DNA of 64,000 nucleotides from an uncultured Acidobacteriota bacterium (GCA_963789965.1 CAWBMO010000001.1:576010-640009), one strand, 5' to 3'; counted from the first letter of the stretch, positions 28,552-39,959 are shown. Notes: a model not told the origin generated them from the letters alone. Made by a program: numbers and translations.

Positions 28552-29883
28552 TCACTCCAGTCCGTACTTCTCGAGCAGGCGGTTGAGCCGCGGGCGCGAC
28601 ACGCCGAGGATCTCGGCGGCGCGCGCCTTGTGGCCGCCGGTGGCTTCAAGCGTCCGCCGCACGTGCTCCTTCTCGATCTCGTCGAGCGACGCGATGGCGG
28701 CCTGGCCGGCTCGCGCGGCGCGGCGATCGCGAGGTGCTCCGGCCGGATCACGCCGCCCGACGCGACCACGGACGGCGCGCGCCAGGCAGTTCTCCAGCTC
28801 GCGGACGTTGCCGGGCCAGTCGTGCTCCATCAGGCGCGCGAGCGCTTCGTCCGACAGCACCGGCGGTCGTCGTCGCCGGCAGCGGCGCTGCCACGACGAA
28901 TCAGCTCGGCCGCCAGCAGCGGAATGTCGCTGCGACGCTCGCGCAGCGGCGGCAGGACGATTTCGACGACGCGCAGCCGGTAGTAGAGATCTTCGCGGAA
29001 GGTGCCGTCCTCGATCATCTGCTCGAGGTCGCGGTGCGTCGCGGCAATGACGCGGGCGTCGGTGCGCTCGGTCTTCTCCGCGCCGAGCGGGCTCGAACTC
29101 GCGGTCCTGGATGACGCGCAGCAGCTTGGTCTGAAACTCCGGCGAGGTGTCGCCGATCTCGTCGAGGAAGATCGTGCCCGCGACCGGCGAGCGCGAAGCG
29201 GCCCTTGCGCGCGTTGACCGCGCCGGTGAACGCGCCGCGCGTGTGGCCGAAGAGCTCGGACTCGAGCAGCGGCGTCGGCAGCGCGGCGCAGTTGACCGGC
29301 ACGAACGGCTCGGCCGCGGCGGCCGAGTTCGTGTGAATGGCGCGCGCGACGAGCTCCTTGCCGGTGCCGCTCTCGCCGCGGATCAGCACGGTGGCGCGCG
29401 TCATCGCCGCCTGACCGATGAGCTTGTAGACGGCGATCATCCGCGGGTCGCGGCCGACGAGATCATCCGAGCGCAAGGTCGGCGACGGGTGCGCGGGGCG
29501 CGCCGCGCGCGGGAACGGCCGATCTCGAACGCGGCGTCGAGCACTCGCCGCACCTGGTGCAGGTCGAGCGGCTTGACGAGAAACTCGACCGCGCCCTCGC
29601 GCATCGCCGCGACGACGGTCGGCATGTCGTCGTAGGCGGTCATGAGGATCACGTCGACGGACGGCGCGCGTTCGTGCAGGACCTTCAGAAACGCGATGCC
29701 GTCCATGTCGGGCATGCGCACATCCGACAACACGACGTCGGGCGCCGCGACATCCAGCATCGCGAGCGCCCGATGAGGTCCTTCGGCCACGCGCACCTCC
29801 GTCGTCCCGTTGTCCGCGAGCGCCTCGGCCAGCGAGGTGCGGATGGTCGGGTCGTCGTCGACGATCAGGAGGCGGCGTGGCAT
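28552..29883 (-). pseudogene. Sigma-54-dependent response regulator (NtrC/AtoC-like), frameshifted
   Basis: Receiver LIVDDD..DVRMP; [41 protein letters not shown] and Fis HTH in different frames. Confidence 0.85.
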
Positions 29884-29899
29884 GGTGGCGAGATCGCAG

Positions 29900-31897
29900 T
29901 TAACGCTTCATGATCGCCTGAAGGGCCGGGCCGAGGTCGATCTCGAAGATCTTCGACGTGTCGGGCCCATCGAAAGTGTAGGCGAGCAACTTGCCGTCAG
30001 GAGAGGGTGCCAGAAGGCGTCCTGCTGTCCCAGGAGTGATCTCGCCGATGAGACGGGTCGCGCTCCCATCGAGAGGCACGAGGAAGAGCTTGGACACGGA
30101 GTCGCCAGCGACCTTGCCGATACTGACGATCTGTTTGCCATCTGGGAAAGCTACGCTGTAAGACTCCGCGAACGGAAGACGCAGCGTGCGCGTGGAGTCG
30201 CCTGCGGTCGATAGGATCTTGATGACCCGTGCCTCACCCTTCGCATCGACTTGTATGAGAAGCGGTTGGTCACCGGCAACCAGGAGCTCGCGTGTCCGTG
30301 AGCCTGGTTCGGAGTCAGGATCCGGCAGGCGCCGGGTGGCACCGCCGTCGAGGGCCACGAGGAACCGTTCGGGACTCTGCTCAGTCGCCACACTCACGAC
30401 CGCCTCGCGTCCGGAGGTGAAGAGGACGTCATTCGCCTTGGGAAATTCCGCGGAAACATCGCGAAGCAGTCGCTCAGGCCCGGTCAATGGAATCTCAACG
30501 ATGCTCAAACGGTTCGGCGACCCGATGGCGACGAACGTTCGCTTGATGGCCCTGATAGCATTCCCGTCCGACCGCCATACGAATCTGCCGATCTGCGAGG
30601 ACGACGTGGTCAAGACGCGCGTCTGTCCCGAGTTGACGTCGAGGATTGCGAGCTCGTACTGATCGTATGGGCTGTATCCGACTTTCTGCCCGTCCGCCGC
30701 ACGATTCGCGCGAAACGCGAGAAAACGGCCGTCGGGCGACCATGGCTGTTCCCAGACTAAACGCTCCGGGGACGTTCCAAACCAGCCGTCGAGGTGTACC
30801 GGCACCGAATGCCGACGCGGCGACGAGCCATCCGCGTTCACGACCGTGATGTCGTAGTGCGAACGGTTGCCGGTCAGTACCGCAAGCCGTCGGCCATCCG
30901 GCGACCACGCCGGTGAGCCGGTCTGTACGTTCCCCGGCAACAGCTCGCGCACCTGTCCCGTGCCGATGTCGAGAACACGCACGCTCTGATTTTGAACGAG
31001 GGTCATTGCGGTAAATCGCATCGAGTCAAGGCGCATGTTGAGCACGTCCCCTTCGTCAATCGGCGGCGGCAGGGCGACCGAGATCTCTCCTTCGACACCC
31101 GAGGCCGTACGGTAGAAGAAGCGGTCTGGATTCTCGTGAAAGAATGCCACGCGCGCGTCTGGCGAGAGGCCCACTGGCTGCGCATCCGTGAGCTGCGTCC
31201 AAGGAATCAAAGGCTCGCTTCGACCACCCACTACAGGTACGCGCTCGATAACAGTCGGGGAATTGAGGGAGGGGCGCACTACATATAGTGATTTCCCGTC
31301 GGCGCTCCAGGCATGAGGACCCATTCGTGTCGGGTAGTTCGCCACTACGCGCTCCGGCCCACCCGTCGCCGGAACAAGAGCGAGATCCCACGTACCATCC
31401 GGGCGAGGACCAGCGGTGAACGCTAGCATCGTGCCGTCTGGCGAGAACACCGGGCGCCTCCTTGTTGGCCGGAGGCTCACGCGCTGCGCCGAGCCGGTCG
31501 CGGCGCCGGTCTTGGGATCGATCGGCATCGTCCATACGAGATTTCCCGAGCCATCCTCCGAGGATCGGCTGAAGGCAAGCCGGTCGCCTTGTGGCGACAC
31601 TGAATGTTGGAGCATGTTCGACCCGAGAAGCGTGCGACGTTTCGTGGCGACATCGTAAATAAAGGTGCTGTTGTCGGCATTGTCGAGCGGTGACGAAGAC
31701 GTGTCGGATGTGTAGATCAGAGCGCCTCGGCTGGGGAGCAGGACCCATTCCCACACATTCCCTTCGATGGCCGCGAGCTCGCGAACCGTCGCTTGCGGGG
31801 CCGGTGTCTTCGGCGCCTGTGCCCATCCAGCGATTGACGGTAAGAGCACCCCGGCGACTCCGGCGGCCAACAGTCGGTACCATGTGATGTATCGCAT
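29900..31897 (-). CDS. Secreted TolB/PD40-repeat beta-propeller protein
   Basis: Signal peptide; repeated (W/F)SPDG motifs. Confidence 0.8.
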   Translation of the reverse strand: MRYITWYRLLAAGVAGVLLPSIAGWAQAPKTPAPQATVRELAAIEGNVWEWVLLPSRGALIYTSDTSSSPLDNADNSTFIYDVATKRRTLLGSNMLQHSVSPQGDRLAFSRSSEDGSGNLVWTMPIDPKTGAATGSAQRVSLRPTRRRPVFSPDGTMLAFTAGPRPDGTWDLALVPATGGPERVVANYPTRMGPHAWSADGKSLYVVRPSLNSPTVIERVPVVGGRSEPLIPWTQLTDAQPVGLSPDARVAFFHENPDRFFYRTASGVEGEISVALPPPIDEGDVLNMRLDSMRFTAMTLVQNQSVRVLDIGTGQVRELLPGNVQTGSPAWSPDGRRLAVLTGNRSHYDITVVNADGSSPRRHSVPVHLDGWFGTSPERLVWEQPWSPDGRFLAFRANRAADGQKVGYSPYDQYELAILDVNSGQTRVLTTSSSQIGRFVWRSDGNAIRAIKRTFVAIGSPNRLSIVEIPLTGPERLLRDVSAEFPKANDVLFTSGREAVVSVATEQSPERFLVALDGGATRRLPDPDSEPGSRTRELLVAGDQPLLIQVDAKGEARVIKILSTAGDSTRTLRLPFAESYSVAFPDGKQIVSIGKVAGDSVSKLFLVPLDGSATRLIGEITPGTAGRLLAPSPDGKLLAYTFDGPDTSKIFEIDLGPALQAIMKR

Positions 31898-31997
31898 TAG
31901 CGTGAACCTCCAAGATAGCGTTCGCGCGGCGCCGTCAGGTGCAGCCGCGAGTCATACAGCCCGTCGAATGAGCGCCTCGGCCCCACGAAATGATGTC

Positions 31998-34217
31998 TTA
32001 CTTACGGGTTAGTTGTGTGGGGCCACCGCCCCGGTACAGGAAAAGACAGATCACGTTGCCGTTGTCGTCCTTGGCAAATTCGAAATCGCCGTTGGACGCT
32101 TTGAGAAAAAACATAGTTTCTGACTCTGCGAACAAGGGAGCCTTCTCTCGTCCCGTGCGCTGGATCATCAGTTGATTGCCTTCTAGCGTCACCACCCATT
32201 CGATTCCGTTAGGCTCTGCGTAGGTGCCAAGATATTTCGCGAGAATCGAGCGCGCGACCGTGACCTCTCTGCGCTCTGGCAGCAGCGGCACGTTGAACAC
32301 GAACTGCTGACCGTTGCGGCTCATACTTCCCTGCTCGCAAATCGAGAATCCATTATTGGAGCATTCGGGAGCATTGGTCCCTTCCCGCTCGAAGACGCCC
32401 ACAAGTGGAAACGTGGCCGGGGCCCGGAAGAGCAGCTTCGGAGCTGTTGAACGGAACGAGGGCGCGGTACTGATCTCTGAAACCATCACTCCGCCGTTGG
32501 GCGTGAGGTAGTAGAGCTCTTTGCCGTCGAGCCGCCACTGGACTAGGCCCAAACCACCTTCCCTGGATACCTGCCACGTGGTGTCTCCGAGTCCCGAGGA
32601 GGAACTGAAGGTCCGGACATAGACTTCGTTCCGACCTGATTCGTCAGAGACGTACACCACAAAGTGGCTGTCGGGAGAAAAACGTACTGCGTAGACATTG
32701 AATTCTTCTCGTAACAACTCGACAGCTTTTCGCTCGCCGTTCAGCGGCAGCCAGGACGGAGCACCGGCCTCGGAATAAGTGAGAAAACGCCCATCGGGCG
32801 ACCAATCGGTATTCGGAGGCGCGTAGACGCCTGGCGTGTGATGGAAGAGCAGTTCCTCTTTCGAGGTGCCGTTCGCGGCGATTTGGTATATGCCGCCCTG
32901 AGATTCGCGATAGGAGAAAAATGCGATCTGGCTGCCATCGGGCGACCAGACTGGAGAGTTCTGGTATTGCAGTTCGTGACCGGAAGTCGTGATCTGTGTA
33001 CCGTTGCCCGTGGCGACATCGAATACCCAGAGGCTATCGTTGTTCAGAAAGGCAGCGACCTTGGTACCGTCGGGAGAAAGCCTGGGCTCGGTGCGGGCGC
33101 CAGGATCGCCCAGGTTGCGCACCAGTTTCCCTTGACGGTCGAACACCATAGTCTGGCGAGGGAAGCCAGTACCTCGGGGCTTGGGGGGAATGGAAAACAA
33201 GAATTGCTGCCCGTCGGAGCTGAAACTGTTTGCGGCAATGGGGTTTTGCGTGTCCGAGTCCGGCACGTTGAACAGGAGCCGCGGCTTTCCCGATTTGAAG
33301 TCTGGAGTGGTGGTCACCTCGACGGCCATCACTCCTCCGTCGGGTGTCGTGTAGTAAAACTCCTTGCCGTCCTGACGCCAGGCGCAGGTGCACAAGCCGC
33401 CTTGGTCAGAAACCTGCCACAGTGCGGCTACCGGTGCGGCCCCATCGGCAGGGGATGGGTCGAATGGCCGGACATAGACTTCCCATCTTCCGGACTGGTC
33501 CGAGGCATAAGACAGAAAGCGACTGTCTGGGGAAAGACGTCCAGCGCCAGGGCGGAACTGACTTGCGACTTCGATGGCTTTGCGCTCCTGAGACCCGGCG
33601 GGAGTGCTCGCAACTAGATTGAGGGGCAGAATATAAAGCCGACCCTTATTATCGTTGAAGGTCAGGAACCGTCCGTCCGACGACCAGTCGGTGGAGATCG
33701 CGTTGAAGTTGTCAGAATCGTTGGGATGGGCTGAATGCTTGTAGAGGAGCTCCGCCGTTCCTGTTCCATTCGCGGCTATTCGATATAGACCAACCGAACC
33801 ATAACCGATGATGGACATGTAAGCGATCTGACTGCCGTCGGGAGACCATACTAGCCCCGGTTTAGCTGCCGGACCGGAAACGATCCTCGTGCTTGCGCCA
33901 GTCGCAAGGTCAAACACCAAGAGGTCGATGTTTTGTGTTGTCGGATCGCGCCGGTTCACTGCCAACCGCTTGCCGTCCGGCGACAAAGCCTGCCAACCGT
34001 AAAAGGCGCGCTCGCCGAGTGTGCGTATCAACTTTCCTTGCCGGTCGTATAGAGTCAGAACTCGCGCAGTGGCCTCGAAGTTTGCTTTGCCCAAAGCGGC
34101 TCGGGAGGCTGCTTGAACCTGGCTATTGGGCTGAGCTTGGCCGAGGCCAGGTTCAGGCGCCAGCAGCATGAGAACGCCCGCCGCACTGACCATCGCAGAC
34201 TGGAATCGAATCTTCAT
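31998..34217 (-). CDS. Secreted TolB/PD40-repeat protein, duplicated propeller plus DUF3471-like C-terminus
   Basis: Signal peptide; two similar halves (SDQSGRWEVYVRPF / SDESGRNEVYVRTF); C-terminal LAKYLGTY..LFAESETMFF. Confidence 0.8.
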   Translation of the reverse strand: MKIRFQSAMVSAAGVLMLLAPEPGLGQAQPNSQVQAASRAALGKANFEATARVLTLYDRQGKLIRTLGERAFYGWQALSPDGKRLAVNRRDPTTQNIDLLVFDLATGASTRIVSGPAAKPGLVWSPDGSQIAYMSIIGYGSVGLYRIAANGTGTAELLYKHSAHPNDSDNFNAISTDWSSDGRFLTFNDNKGRLYILPLNLVASTPAGSQERKAIEVASQFRPGAGRLSPDSRFLSYASDQSGRWEVYVRPFDPSPADGAAPVAALWQVSDQGGLCTCAWRQDGKEFYYTTPDGGVMAVEVTTTPDFKSGKPRLLFNVPDSDTQNPIAANSFSSDGQQFLFSIPPKPRGTGFPRQTMVFDRQGKLVRNLGDPGARTEPRLSPDGTKVAAFLNNDSLWVFDVATGNGTQITTSGHELQYQNSPVWSPDGSQIAFFSYRESQGGIYQIAANGTSKEELLFHHTPGVYAPPNTDWSPDGRFLTYSEAGAPSWLPLNGERKAVELLREEFNVYAVRFSPDSHFVVYVSDESGRNEVYVRTFSSSSGLGDTTWQVSREGGLGLVQWRLDGKELYYLTPNGGVMVSEISTAPSFRSTAPKLLFRAPATFPLVGVFEREGTNAPECSNNGFSICEQGSMSRNGQQFVFNVPLLPERREVTVARSILAKYLGTYAEPNGIEWVVTLEGNQLMIQRTGREKAPLFAESETMFFLKASNGDFEFAKDDNGNVICLFLYRGGGPTQLTRK

Positions 34218-34276
34218 ACGAGACTCCTGCTGTTGCTCACGCGCACCTGCTCATACCCCCGCGACCTTACGCGCCA

Positions 34277-34654
34277 TTACCTCGCCAGGAGCACCTTCCC
34301 GTCCGCGCCCGTTATCTTCCACAGAAGCCCGTTGGGGGAACCATCGCGTGCGGGGCGGACCTCGACGGTGACGGTTTGGCCGATTATTTTCTCAAAATCG
34401 GCTTTGTAGATTTTACGAATGGCGAAAAAGTTGGGCGGCTGGCACTCCAGCGACCATGTTGCCACCTGGCCCTGGTCGTTCTTCACGTCCGCATAGATAT
34501 AGACGTGGGGATTCCTCCAGTCGAGCTTAGAGAGCGTGCCGGTCACTGTGACGAGTTTTTCCGGGTCGAAGCGCGTGTTGTTGTGATGCGCCCACGCCGT
34601 GCCCGCCGGCAGCATGAGGCCCAGAGCGATGAAAGCACTAATTCTGATCTTCAT
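34277..34654 (-). CDS. DUF6152-family secreted protein
   Basis: AWAHH after the signal peptide, WRNPH, W.LE. Confidence 0.8.
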   Translation of the reverse strand: MKIRISAFIALGLMLPAGTAWAHHNNTRFDPEKLVTVTGTLSKLDWRNPHVYIYADVKNDQGQVATWSLECQPPNFFAIRKIYKADFEKIIGQTVTVEVRPARDGSPNGLLWKITGADGKVLLAR

Positions 34655-35001
34655 GCAGCTGCTCCTTAACCCCCCGCGGTGAACGACGCCGAGTCAACCG
34701 GCCCGTGCGCTATGGAGCCGTCGCCCTGACGATGCCCACGACGCTACACCCGTTCACCGCGGGCTGCATCTGAAGACGCAGGAGCGGGGCGCGGGTGCGG
34801 CGCTCAGATCCGCTTCCCTTCGTCTCTCACGATGCGTGCCATGGCAGGGCCAACATGCAAGTGCAGGCGCACGCGCATGTTACACGTGCGCGACGCACCC
34901 GACGCGTGCCGTCACCCGGAACGTTTCGTTCCGAAGGGTCTGCCACCGCGTTACGTGTTCGCCGCTTGGAGTGCGCGAGCGCCTTGCGAGGCCGAGGAAT
35001 C

Positions 35002-35625
35002 CTACCGGGCCAACAGGCGGCCCGGTTCGGCCGCGAACACGGACGCTGGAACGATCTCGATGCCGTCCTCGGTGACGCGGCGCTTGGGTTCCAGGCACAC
35101 GACGACCCGGCGCGCCTGCGAGTGATCCGCGCGCAAGTGACGGGAGCCCCTTGAGGTGGTCAGCCGTAATCCGTGCGCTCGCCTTCGCTTCAATCGCTAC
35201 CGACATCTGCCCGACGATGAAGTCCACCTCGATCCCGCTGGCCAGCCGCCAATAGGACAGATCGCCGAATGACTCGTGATACGCGTTCCACGCGAGAAGC
35301 TCGTGGAGCACCGTGGAGCACCCAGTTCTCGAAGGCCTTGCCGAACAGCTCGCCGCCAGGCAGCAACCGTCCCTGACGGGCCAGGTGATTCACGACGCCT
35401 ACGTCGGAAAAGTAGAACTTGGGCGCCGCCACCACCCGGCGCTAGGACCGTCACGTGTAAGCCGGCAGCCAACGTCCGAGGAGCGTGTCCTCGAGGATGC
35501 CGAAATGGCCTCCACAATCGCGAGCGATGTTCGCGAAGTTGACCAGGCCGCCGTCGGACAGGGCTGCCGCGTCGAGAAACGCCGAAAACACGAGCAGGTT
35601 ACGCACCAATCCCTCGGACGATAGG
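35002..35625 (-). pseudogene. AAA+ ATPase/DUF4143 remnant
   Basis: EGLVRN, LEDTLLG, PKFYFSDVGV, AFENWV, EVDFIV, IEAK; in-frame stops and frameshifts. Confidence 0.8.
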
Positions 35626-35633
35626 CAGCATTA

Positions 35634-35750
35634 GAGATCGCCGAGTGCGGCGACGCGCACCACGTCGGCCATACGATTCGTTCTACAAGAGTCAAGCCAG
35701 ACGAGGAATGCCTGAGCTGGAAAGGAATGCTGGCAAACGCAGCCGCGGGG
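35634..35750. repeat. Repeat copy 2 (encodes MADVVRVAALGDL-stop)
   Basis: Direct repeat of 26618-26735. Confidence 0.9.
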
Positions 35751-35802
35751 GTGCGATGCGCTTTTAGTATTCGGATGACCGCCCGCACCGGCGCGTCGAC
35801 TC

Positions 35803-35896
35803 AACAGTGGAGATCGCCAACTGCGGCGACCCGCACCACGCCTGTCATGGTCGTCATGAATACAAGAGTTGGGCCAAGCAGGAAATGCTTGAGCCG
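35803..35896. repeat. Repeat copy 3, diverged (MTGVVRVAAVGDLHC-stop)
   Basis: AACAGTGGAGATCGCC..TGCGGCGAC and TACAAGAGTT..GCCA..AATGC.TGAGC conserved. Confidence 0.8.
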
Positions 35897-36005
35897 CGCG
35901 TTACGGCCGGGCTTGCTGGCTTCGGAGGGCTCTTTCTAACGAATCGAACGAGAGGCCTGCCCGCACCGGCGCGTCGAGTGGACGCGCCGGGCGAGCGAGC
36001 GTGAA

Positions 36006-38904
36006 TCAGAATCGAATGCCGAAGGCGAGGCGCAGCGTGCGGCCACCGGCGACCCCGGCCAGCGGCGCAGGGAACTGGTTGTTGCTCGTGGCCGTGCCGA
36101 ACGCCGCGTTGGGAAGATAGCCGGTCGCGAGCCCGAGGCTGTCTTTGGCGCTCGCCGGATCCGCCTTGATCGACGTGCTCCACGCGATCTGCTTTTGATT
36201 GTTGAACGCGTTGAAGACGTCAGCCTTGAGCCATGGACGCATCGACCTCAGTACCGGGATGTTGTAGTTCACCGAAAGATCGAGCACCCCGTAACCCTTG
36301 AAGTCTTCCGAGCCCCGTTCGCCAAAGAACACCGCCTGGGTGCTTGGCAAATCCGGGTATGCGGCGAGCAGCACCTTTTGCGCCGTGGTCGGACCCTGGC
36401 TCAGCGCGAAGGCTGTAGACCTGGCCGGAATTGACGCGCATCAGACCCGAGAAGCTGATCTCGCCGCCACGTCCCAGATTCAGGTCGTAGATGGACCACA
36501 GCCGCAGCTTGTGGCGCTGGTAGTCCTGGAGCCGTCCCATCGGATAGTTACGCGTCGCGTTGAACGCCTCGGGGTAGTTGCCAATCGTAGAGGTCTGCCC
36601 CGGGATGTTCGCCGCTTCCCCTTCGTAGTTGCCTTCGTTCTGAAGCATGACGGTGTAGTGGCCGTTGACGCTCCAGTTCCGGCGAACGCGATACAGGCCC
36701 TCGAACTGCAGACCCTGGTATTGCCGCTTTGCCAGGTCGCTGTCCGCGAACAGGACGTTGGTGAACGTGCCGAAATCGGTGCCGTTGTTCACGACGTGGG
36801 TCACGCCGTTGGCGAGCGAAATGTAGTCTTCGATCAGATTCCCGGTGCGGCGGAAAATATAGGTGCCTGACACCGATCCACGCGATCCGACGGCCACGTC
36901 GAGCGAGGTGGTGAATTCCTTCACCACCGGCGTCGACAGCCCGGACTGAAGCGTGACGTTCGCCGTCGGGAACACCCCAGCCACGGTGAGGTAATTGTTG
37001 ACGTCGAATCCGGGCGCAAAGCTTCGACCCTGCCCGGCCGGTCCGACGTAGACGCCGATCGTCTCGTTCGCGTTCCCCACGTTGGTATTGCCAGCGATCT
37101 GATTCTCGTTGTACCGGCCGGCATAGTGGCCGTAGGTTGCGTGCGCGACGTATTTCCCGTTCCCCTTCATGTCGAACGAGGTCGCGAGCCGCGGCACGAC
37201 GGTCTCGGTCTTGACGCCGACGATGCCGCCGGTGGCTTCACTCTTGACGTGCTCGAAACGCACGCCAAGGTCCGCCGACCACCGGCCGTTGATGGCCCAA
37301 TGATCCTGCGCGTACAGCGACTGCGTGTCGATGTTCAGCGCGACGTTGCGAAGCGGTGAGTACACCTCGACGAGCGACGAGCCCGGCGTGAACACCGGCA
37401 GCAGGTGGCTGGTCGAATCGTAGAGCGGGCTGCCGGCCGCGTCGGCCGCGTAGTCGGAATGGAAAACCAGGTTGGTCGCCGTCTGGGATCCGCCGCCCGT
37501 CCGCTGACTTCGGAACCATTCGTAGCCGCTCTTGAGGTCGTGCCGTCCGGCCGCCTGGAACCCGGACGACAGGCTCCCGGTCAGCTGACGATTGTTTCGT
37601 CCCTCGAGGTCGCTCGCGTCGAAGTACGGCGCGTTGTACTGAGCATTGCCGGCCAGGTTCAGGAACGGCGACTCAATCGCAGAGGTGTTGGTGCCCCCTG
37701 CGGCGCGCGTCCACTCGCGCTGGGAATATTGCGCTTCCGCAAGCCACGTCCGGTTGACGACGCCCTTGTAGTTCGTAAAGAAGGACGAGTTCGGGAGGCT
37801 CGCCGGGGCGTTTGTGAACGGATCGATGCTGAGCGACGGAATCGACGGCCGGTTCAACATGTTCATGTGATTGTTCACATAGCCGCCCTGCAGCGTCTGC
37901 GAGGGGGCAACGGTCCCCGTCAGCTTGATTTCGCCGCGGCGGTTCTTGTCCGTTTGTGTGTTGGCGATGCCGGTGCGCGGGAACGCCGTGGCGTTGGTGA
38001 CGTTCTCCCAGCGGCCCCCCCCGAAGAACCACAGCCGGTCGGCGACGATCGGTCCGCCGAGAATGCCTTCGTAGCTCTTGCCGAGGACGCTCGCGTGCGT
38101 GACCCCCTTGGAGACTTCGAACGGCGTCTCGGTGCTCCACGAGGGATTCGAGAAGTTCACGCGCCAATCGCCGGAGAACGTGTTGCCGCCGCTGCGCGTG
38201 ATCGCGTTGACGACGCCGCCGGTGAAGCGCCCGTACTCTGCGCTGATCCCGGACGTCAGCGTCTGGACTTGCTGAATGGCGTCCTCGATGAACAGGTTGA
38301 ACGGCGACCCCAGCAGGTTGTCGTCCACGTCGACGCCGTTCACGAGAAAGATGGTGTCGAAGGCAAACGCGCCGTTGACGGACACCTGTCCGGAATTCGG
38401 CGTGACGTTGGTCAGGCCTGGCGACAGCTCCGCGATGCCGGACAGCGTGCGGGCGACGGCCAGTTGCTCGACCTCACGTTGGCTGAAGTGCGCGCCGGCA
38501 GCCGGTGTCGGCACAGCGACCGGCGCCTCGGCGGCCACTTCCACGGTTTCGGCCCGGCCGGCCGCCTTCAGCGTGGCGTTGTACTCCACCGCGAGGCCGA
38601 CCGGCACCGGGACCATGGTCATGACGGTTCGGAAGCCGGCTTTGGCGAACTCAACGGTGTAGTCGCCGGGCGGCAGGGCGCGAAGCAGGTAGGCGCCGTC
38701 CCGGCCGGTCGTCATCACACGCGCGCCTTGCAGGGCGGGCGAGCTGACTGTGACCGTAACGCCTGGGGCAACGAGGCTCTGATCGTCCTTTACGACGCCT
38801 CGAAGTGTTCCAGTTTGGCTCCCCTGAGCGAAGCTCAACGTTGCCTGCGCGAGGATTATTGATAGAGCCAGTAACGCTCGATTAAGAACTTTATGTATCT
38901 TCAT
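36006..38904 (-). CDS. TonB-dependent receptor (Oar-like, carboxypeptidase-regulatory N-domain), one frameshift near 36400
   Basis: Signal peptide, PGVTVTVSSPALQG, SAEYGRFTGGVVNAITRSGGN; terminal LAFGIRF in the second frame. Confidence 0.88.
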
Positions 38905-38947
38905 AGTCTCTTATGATAGCCATAGTAGGACTCTGTTCGTCCAGCCT

Positions 38948-39748
38948 TTATTTTTCGGTGGGCCAAACCAGGATTCTTTGTGCAATTATGGAACACCCTC
39001 CGCAACTGCGGGTCGCGAGCCCTCGACCGATTCGCGCGACGTCTTCCCGCGAAAAGGCCCAGTCGGCGGCGACATTCCGTCGCAGCTCCCGGTCGGACCA
39101 GAGCGCGCGCATCAGGCCGGCCGCCGAATGACGGGCGGTGCCCAGCAGCAGATGGCCAATTTCATGCGCGACGGCGCGACCCAGGAGCGTCCCCACACTC
39201 ACCCGCGTTCGGGAAGCGAGCTCGCTGATGCGGTCGGCGTACACGGTGGCGAGCGTGCCGGTCCCCCGTTGAAGATCGACGAGGGCGCACCCCAGCGACT
39301 CCGCAACGATGGCCTCGGGCGCCGCCACGATCCGCACGAGCACCTCGCCTGAACCGAGGGCATCGGCGCAGCCCGCCGAACAGTCGCGCCACACCGCTTG
39401 AAGGCCGGCGTCCTGAAGGGTGGCGGCCGCCACGGTGCGGGCTTTCGTCATTTCCTCAGGCGGGACGCCGTACGTCTCATAGGTTCGTACCACCAGTCGC
39501 TCCGCGGCGGGGCTCTCGCTGCTCATCGTCAGCCACGCCGCCACGACCATCCATCCGATCGCTAGTGTCGAGCCTCCGAAGTTCGTTGTCGCAACGAGGG
39601 CGGCGAGGCGCCCGGCTGGCAAGGCGCGAGGAGGGAGAATATCGGGAATATGCGACCGACGAGCAACGCCGCCAGGCGGGATGCATCGCCGGCCGAATGC
39701 AAACGAACTTCGGAGACTCGACACTAACGCTCGAAGGTGCTTGTGCAT
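38948..39748 (-). CDS. Secreted HEXXH (metzincin-like) protein with an in-frame MITE
   Basis: AVAHEIGHLLLG..HS..GLMRA; removing the MITE restores a signal peptide. Confidence 0.75.
   Translation of the reverse strand: MHKHLRALVSSLRSSFAFGRRCIPPGGVARRSHIPDILPPRALPAGRLAALVATTNFGGSTLAIGWMVVAAWLTMSSESPAAERLVVRTYETYGVPPEEMTKARTVAAATLQDAGLQAVWRDCSAGCADALGSGEVLVRIVAAPEAIVAESLGCALVDLQRGTGTLATVYADRISELASRTRVSVGTLLGRAVAHEIGHLLLGTARHSAAGLMRALWSDRELRRNVAADWAFSREDVARIGRGLATRSCGGCSIIAQRILVWPTEK
39563..39726. mobile_element. MITE-like element with 25-bp terminal inverted repeats and TA ends
   Basis: TAGTGTCGAGCCTCCGAAGTTCGTT (39563-39587) vs AACGAACTTCGGAGACTCGACACTA (39702-39726), one mismatch. Confidence 0.85.
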
Positions 39749-39959
39749 GACTCCGCCACTATGCGGAGCCGATCGCGGGGCCTCAATGACGCGGAGGTGA
39801 CAAGAGGTGAAATGTGGGCGACGCGCTATCCGGTTGATCGCTCACCAGTTGCACGAGACATGACGAGATCGGGTGGCGCCGGGCGACCTGTGGACACCAG
39901 TCCATTCGGCGATTGGACTGGTATGATTGGGCGCGGGCGAACGATTCTTGGGACATCAG

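Noticed and set aside
26736-35633. Prophage or ICE
   Set aside because: No integrase, phage or transfer genes in the block.
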